Source: Macrostomum lignano
Taxonomy: Eukaryota
Assembly (NCBI GenBank): GCA_002269645.1
Contig: NIVC01000113.1
Coordinates: 1-27,665 of the forward strand
Direction: 5' to 3'
DNA length: 27,665 nucleotides
Every line of letters begins with the position of its first letter. The first letter of the stretch is position 1. Position numbers and translations under genes: made by a program. The notes under the pieces were generated by a model, which was given only the letters and a program-made list of their open reading frames with translations, was not told the DNA's origin and did no database searches. This document shows, one piece after another, positions 24,979-27,665 of this stretch.

Positions 24979-25577
24979 CACTGAAAACCAGGGTTTTTTT
25001 TTACCCCAATTAGTACCCCATGGGGTATTAGTCAACTGATTTGGGGTACTATTTTGCCCATTAATACCCCAGAATGGGGTACTATTTTTTCGACTTTAAT
25101 TCAAACAAGTTAAGCTTTTTTCTAAAATTTGCTGTTCAATTAAAATTCTGACTGGGCTGGTATGGGTCTTTGTACTAAGGTATATCCACTCGTGTGGTGA
25201 GTCAGACTGTCAGGCTAAAACTCTAAAAGTGAGAGAGGGTTGGAATTGGAAACTTGGAATTAGATTTAGATTAGATTGCGATACTGCAACGCCATCTAAC
25301 TTACTTGAAATTTCGAAATCTAGCTTGTTCAGCCTTCAACGAAAGACACAAGAATGCAGTCAAACATTAGCAGCTGTGTTTTAACTCTGAATATAGTCTT
25401 GATTAAGTTATTTGACTGCGCCAGAATCAATTTTTATAAGAATTCAAGTAAACTACAGAGGCAAAATTAGAAATTTCATGGGGTATTACTCCTCCAAAAT
25501 GGGGTACTACTCAGAGGCTTGATACCCCAATTCGGGTACTAATCAATAGCGAAAAAAAAACACTGCTGAAAACAGTG
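24979..25577. mobile_element. Non-autonomous CACTG-ended (CMC/EnSpm-like) DNA element with subterminal repeats
   Basis: Starts CACTG...T9 and ends A9...CAGTG. About ten GGGGTA(C/T)T-type motifs in both orientations cluster at 25003-25083 and 25478-25541. TIRs are imperfect and there is no clean TSD. Confidence 0.55.
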
Positions 25578-26078
25578 AAAAAGCCGCAAATCTGGGGGTC
25601 AGAATGGGGTTGAAACCATTCCTCCCAGACTTAGTGTCGCCCGTCTAGACTGCTAGAGGTCAATCTGTCTCAGACCCAGACAGTCTGACCTTCAAAGATG
25701 CGTAAACAATCCAAAATTAGAATCCTAAGAGAAGTACATTGAGTATTAATCATAACTAATAGTAGTGGCATAAATTAGTGTAGAACTTAGCCTGGATGAG
25801 AGAATGGAGAAGAGATTCCTAAGCTAGCCTACTGACAGTAGGGGAAAAGCGCATCGAAGCAAAACGTGCAGTTCTAAGATTGAAAAAGGTGCGTCCTCAT
25901 CCCTTACAGTAACTCATCATGCTCACAGCTAATATTATTCTTTCTGCAATGTGGGTCAGTGAGTGAGTAATCTGAGTTACATAAGCCTCTTTGAGATATC
26001 TATGCTAACCCGAGATTGAGGCCAGATCACCATGAGCCATCACTTTTCGTAAGCTGGTATTAACTATTGAGTCAGAAC

Positions 26079-26524
26079 TATGTGGCGTAGCCAAGGGGGG
26101 CCGAGGGGCCGCCCCCCCCCATCGCCGGGGTGGTGGGGTTGGGCGCGGCGGGTACCAAAAACGATGAGGCAATTGAGTGCCTGCGGTGCTAAAATGAGTG
26201 CCTGCGGTGCTAAAATGAGTGCCTGCGGTGCTAAAATGAGTGCCTGCGGTGCTAAAATGAGTGCCTGCGGTGCTAAAATGAGTGCCTGCGGTGCTAAAAT
26301 GAGTGCCTGTGGTGCTAAAATGAGTGCCTGCGGCGCTAAAATGAGTGCCTGCGGCGCTAAAATGAGTGCCTGCGGTGCTAAAATGAGTGCCTGCGGCGCT
26401 AAAATGAGTGCCTGCGGCGCCAAAATGAGTGCCTGCGGCGCCAAAAGTGGCAATGGCATAAGGCATGGCCAGCCAGGCCAACCCGCCCCCCCCCCCCCAA
26501 TTGAAATTCCTGGCTACGCCACCG
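26079..26524. mobile_element. hAT-type MITE with an 8-bp target-site duplication
   Basis: Near-terminal inverted repeat GTGGCGTAGCCA / TGGCTACGCCAC. Exact 8-bp direct repeats GTCAGAAC at 26071-26078 and 26525-26532. GC-rich subterminal G/C runs; no transposase. Confidence 0.85.
26174..26446. repeat. 21-bp minisatellite, 13 copies, inside the hAT MITE
   Basis: Unit TGAGTGCCTGCGG(T/C)GC(T/C)AAAA. Confidence 0.96.
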
Positions 26525-27665
26525 GTCAGAACCTCACATGTGGACTGCTGTGTCATAACTAAAATCTATTAGCTTTCGGTATACAGTACACATGGATAAA
26601 AAATCTGCTTATTCATTTTTTCGTCAACGTATTTTTCACATATTTCTACTAGTAGTAGTCAATCAAATAAAATGCCGGCCCTAAACCTACTAATTGAATA
26701 TTTATAATATCCGGCTGTTTTTAATGTAAGTACTTTCATTCTTGAAGTGTCAGTTATTGTAGTTGTGCGCTTATATTTCCTATTTATAGATTTATAAGTT
26801 TTTATATACGGCGTTAAATATACATTTTTATAGCTGTAAGAAATTAGATTTAGACGAATCTCTCACATGACTTGAAAAATGCCGCCATAAAAGAAGAATT
26901 TTCTGTGAACTCCAGAAGTGCTGAAAGAGGACGGCACCAGATCGACAGGCTGATGGAAGTATAGCTTCCAGAGTCGACCTGCTGTTTGGTTAATACTACA
27001 CCTAAGATTTAGGTGCTCACGTGCGATGAAGGGCGATGAAGCAGAGTCAGAAGAAGCGCCTGAGGGCTAATCTAACGAAGTTCTATGAAAGTAGGGCTGC
27101 TGAACCTAATCCTAACACAAACGTTGGTTGAATGCTCCGAAGACCTTAACGCTAACGTAACCAGAAGACTGCATTAGCAGACCAGAAGGTTAAGTTTTTG
27201 GCACTGTTAATGGCAGGCACGGTGTGAAAAGTAAGACAAGAATGTCTCCGCAAAGTTGACACGCATGCACCGGGAGCCAAAACAAAAGCTATAGGAGAGA
27301 GCGCATGCGCGTGCTGAAAGACTTGTGATAACAAACAACCATTTCACTCAAAGCTGATTGGTATAAGGTACCACTTTGGAGGCAGAAAGTTCAAAGACTA
27401 ATATTGGTCTCTTTCGTTCATTTATATTTTATTTACATAAAACCTCGCTACACATGATGACTTGATGTGTGTGCTTCTACGTTTTTATCGCATAAATAAA
27501 CGATGATGGCTGTATGACGATTAGGTTTTAGGTTGAGCTTCCAAGCCTGAGGAGGGATTTCGGATGCGAACGCATTCTACAGAATCAGTAGCCAGGAGAA
27601 TAACTAAACTTGTGATGAAATTCTTCTTATGCTTCGAATTGTTTCAAACACGTTGCGCGGTTTGT

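Noticed and set aside
26005-26562. SACGAKM / AAGTHFS / LAPQALI ORFs
   Set aside because: By-products of the 21-bp array inside a non-coding MITE.
26900-27334. GPCR TM6-like LLFWLPVH on the minus strand
   Set aside because: Bracketed by stops, with no other TM motifs.

Overview
Eukaryotic (invertebrate animal) genomic DNA with GT-AG spliced genes; the long (TCTG)n array and lectin/PAN gene style suggest a flatworm such as Macrostomum, but that is inference only. The main feature is a 26-coding-exon, minus-strand perlecan/UNC-52-family gene (7957-23080, about 2285 aa). Its order is signal peptide, 6 Ig, 3 LDLa, Ig, laminin-EGF/one laminin-B/laminin-EGF, then 9 Ig, with no laminin-G domain V. 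I rebuilt all exons by hand; every splice phase fits except for two single-base deletions (exons 8 and 23). To the left are a frameshifted low-complexity, possibly 2-TM gene (1-1317), a 31-bp minisatellite, a C-type lectin/PAN gene split by a 5'-truncated RNase H LINE with a 12-bp TSD, an internally deleted Tc1/mariner element with 180-bp TIRs, and a start-less acidic ORF with 17 EELQEDPDL repeats. To the right are a CCAAT x3/TATA promoter with a non-coding exon, a CACTG-ended non-autonomous element, and a hAT-type MITE (8-bp TSD) carrying a 21-bp minisatellite. No CRISPR, rRNA or tRNA was found. All analysis was by eye; no database searches were run.
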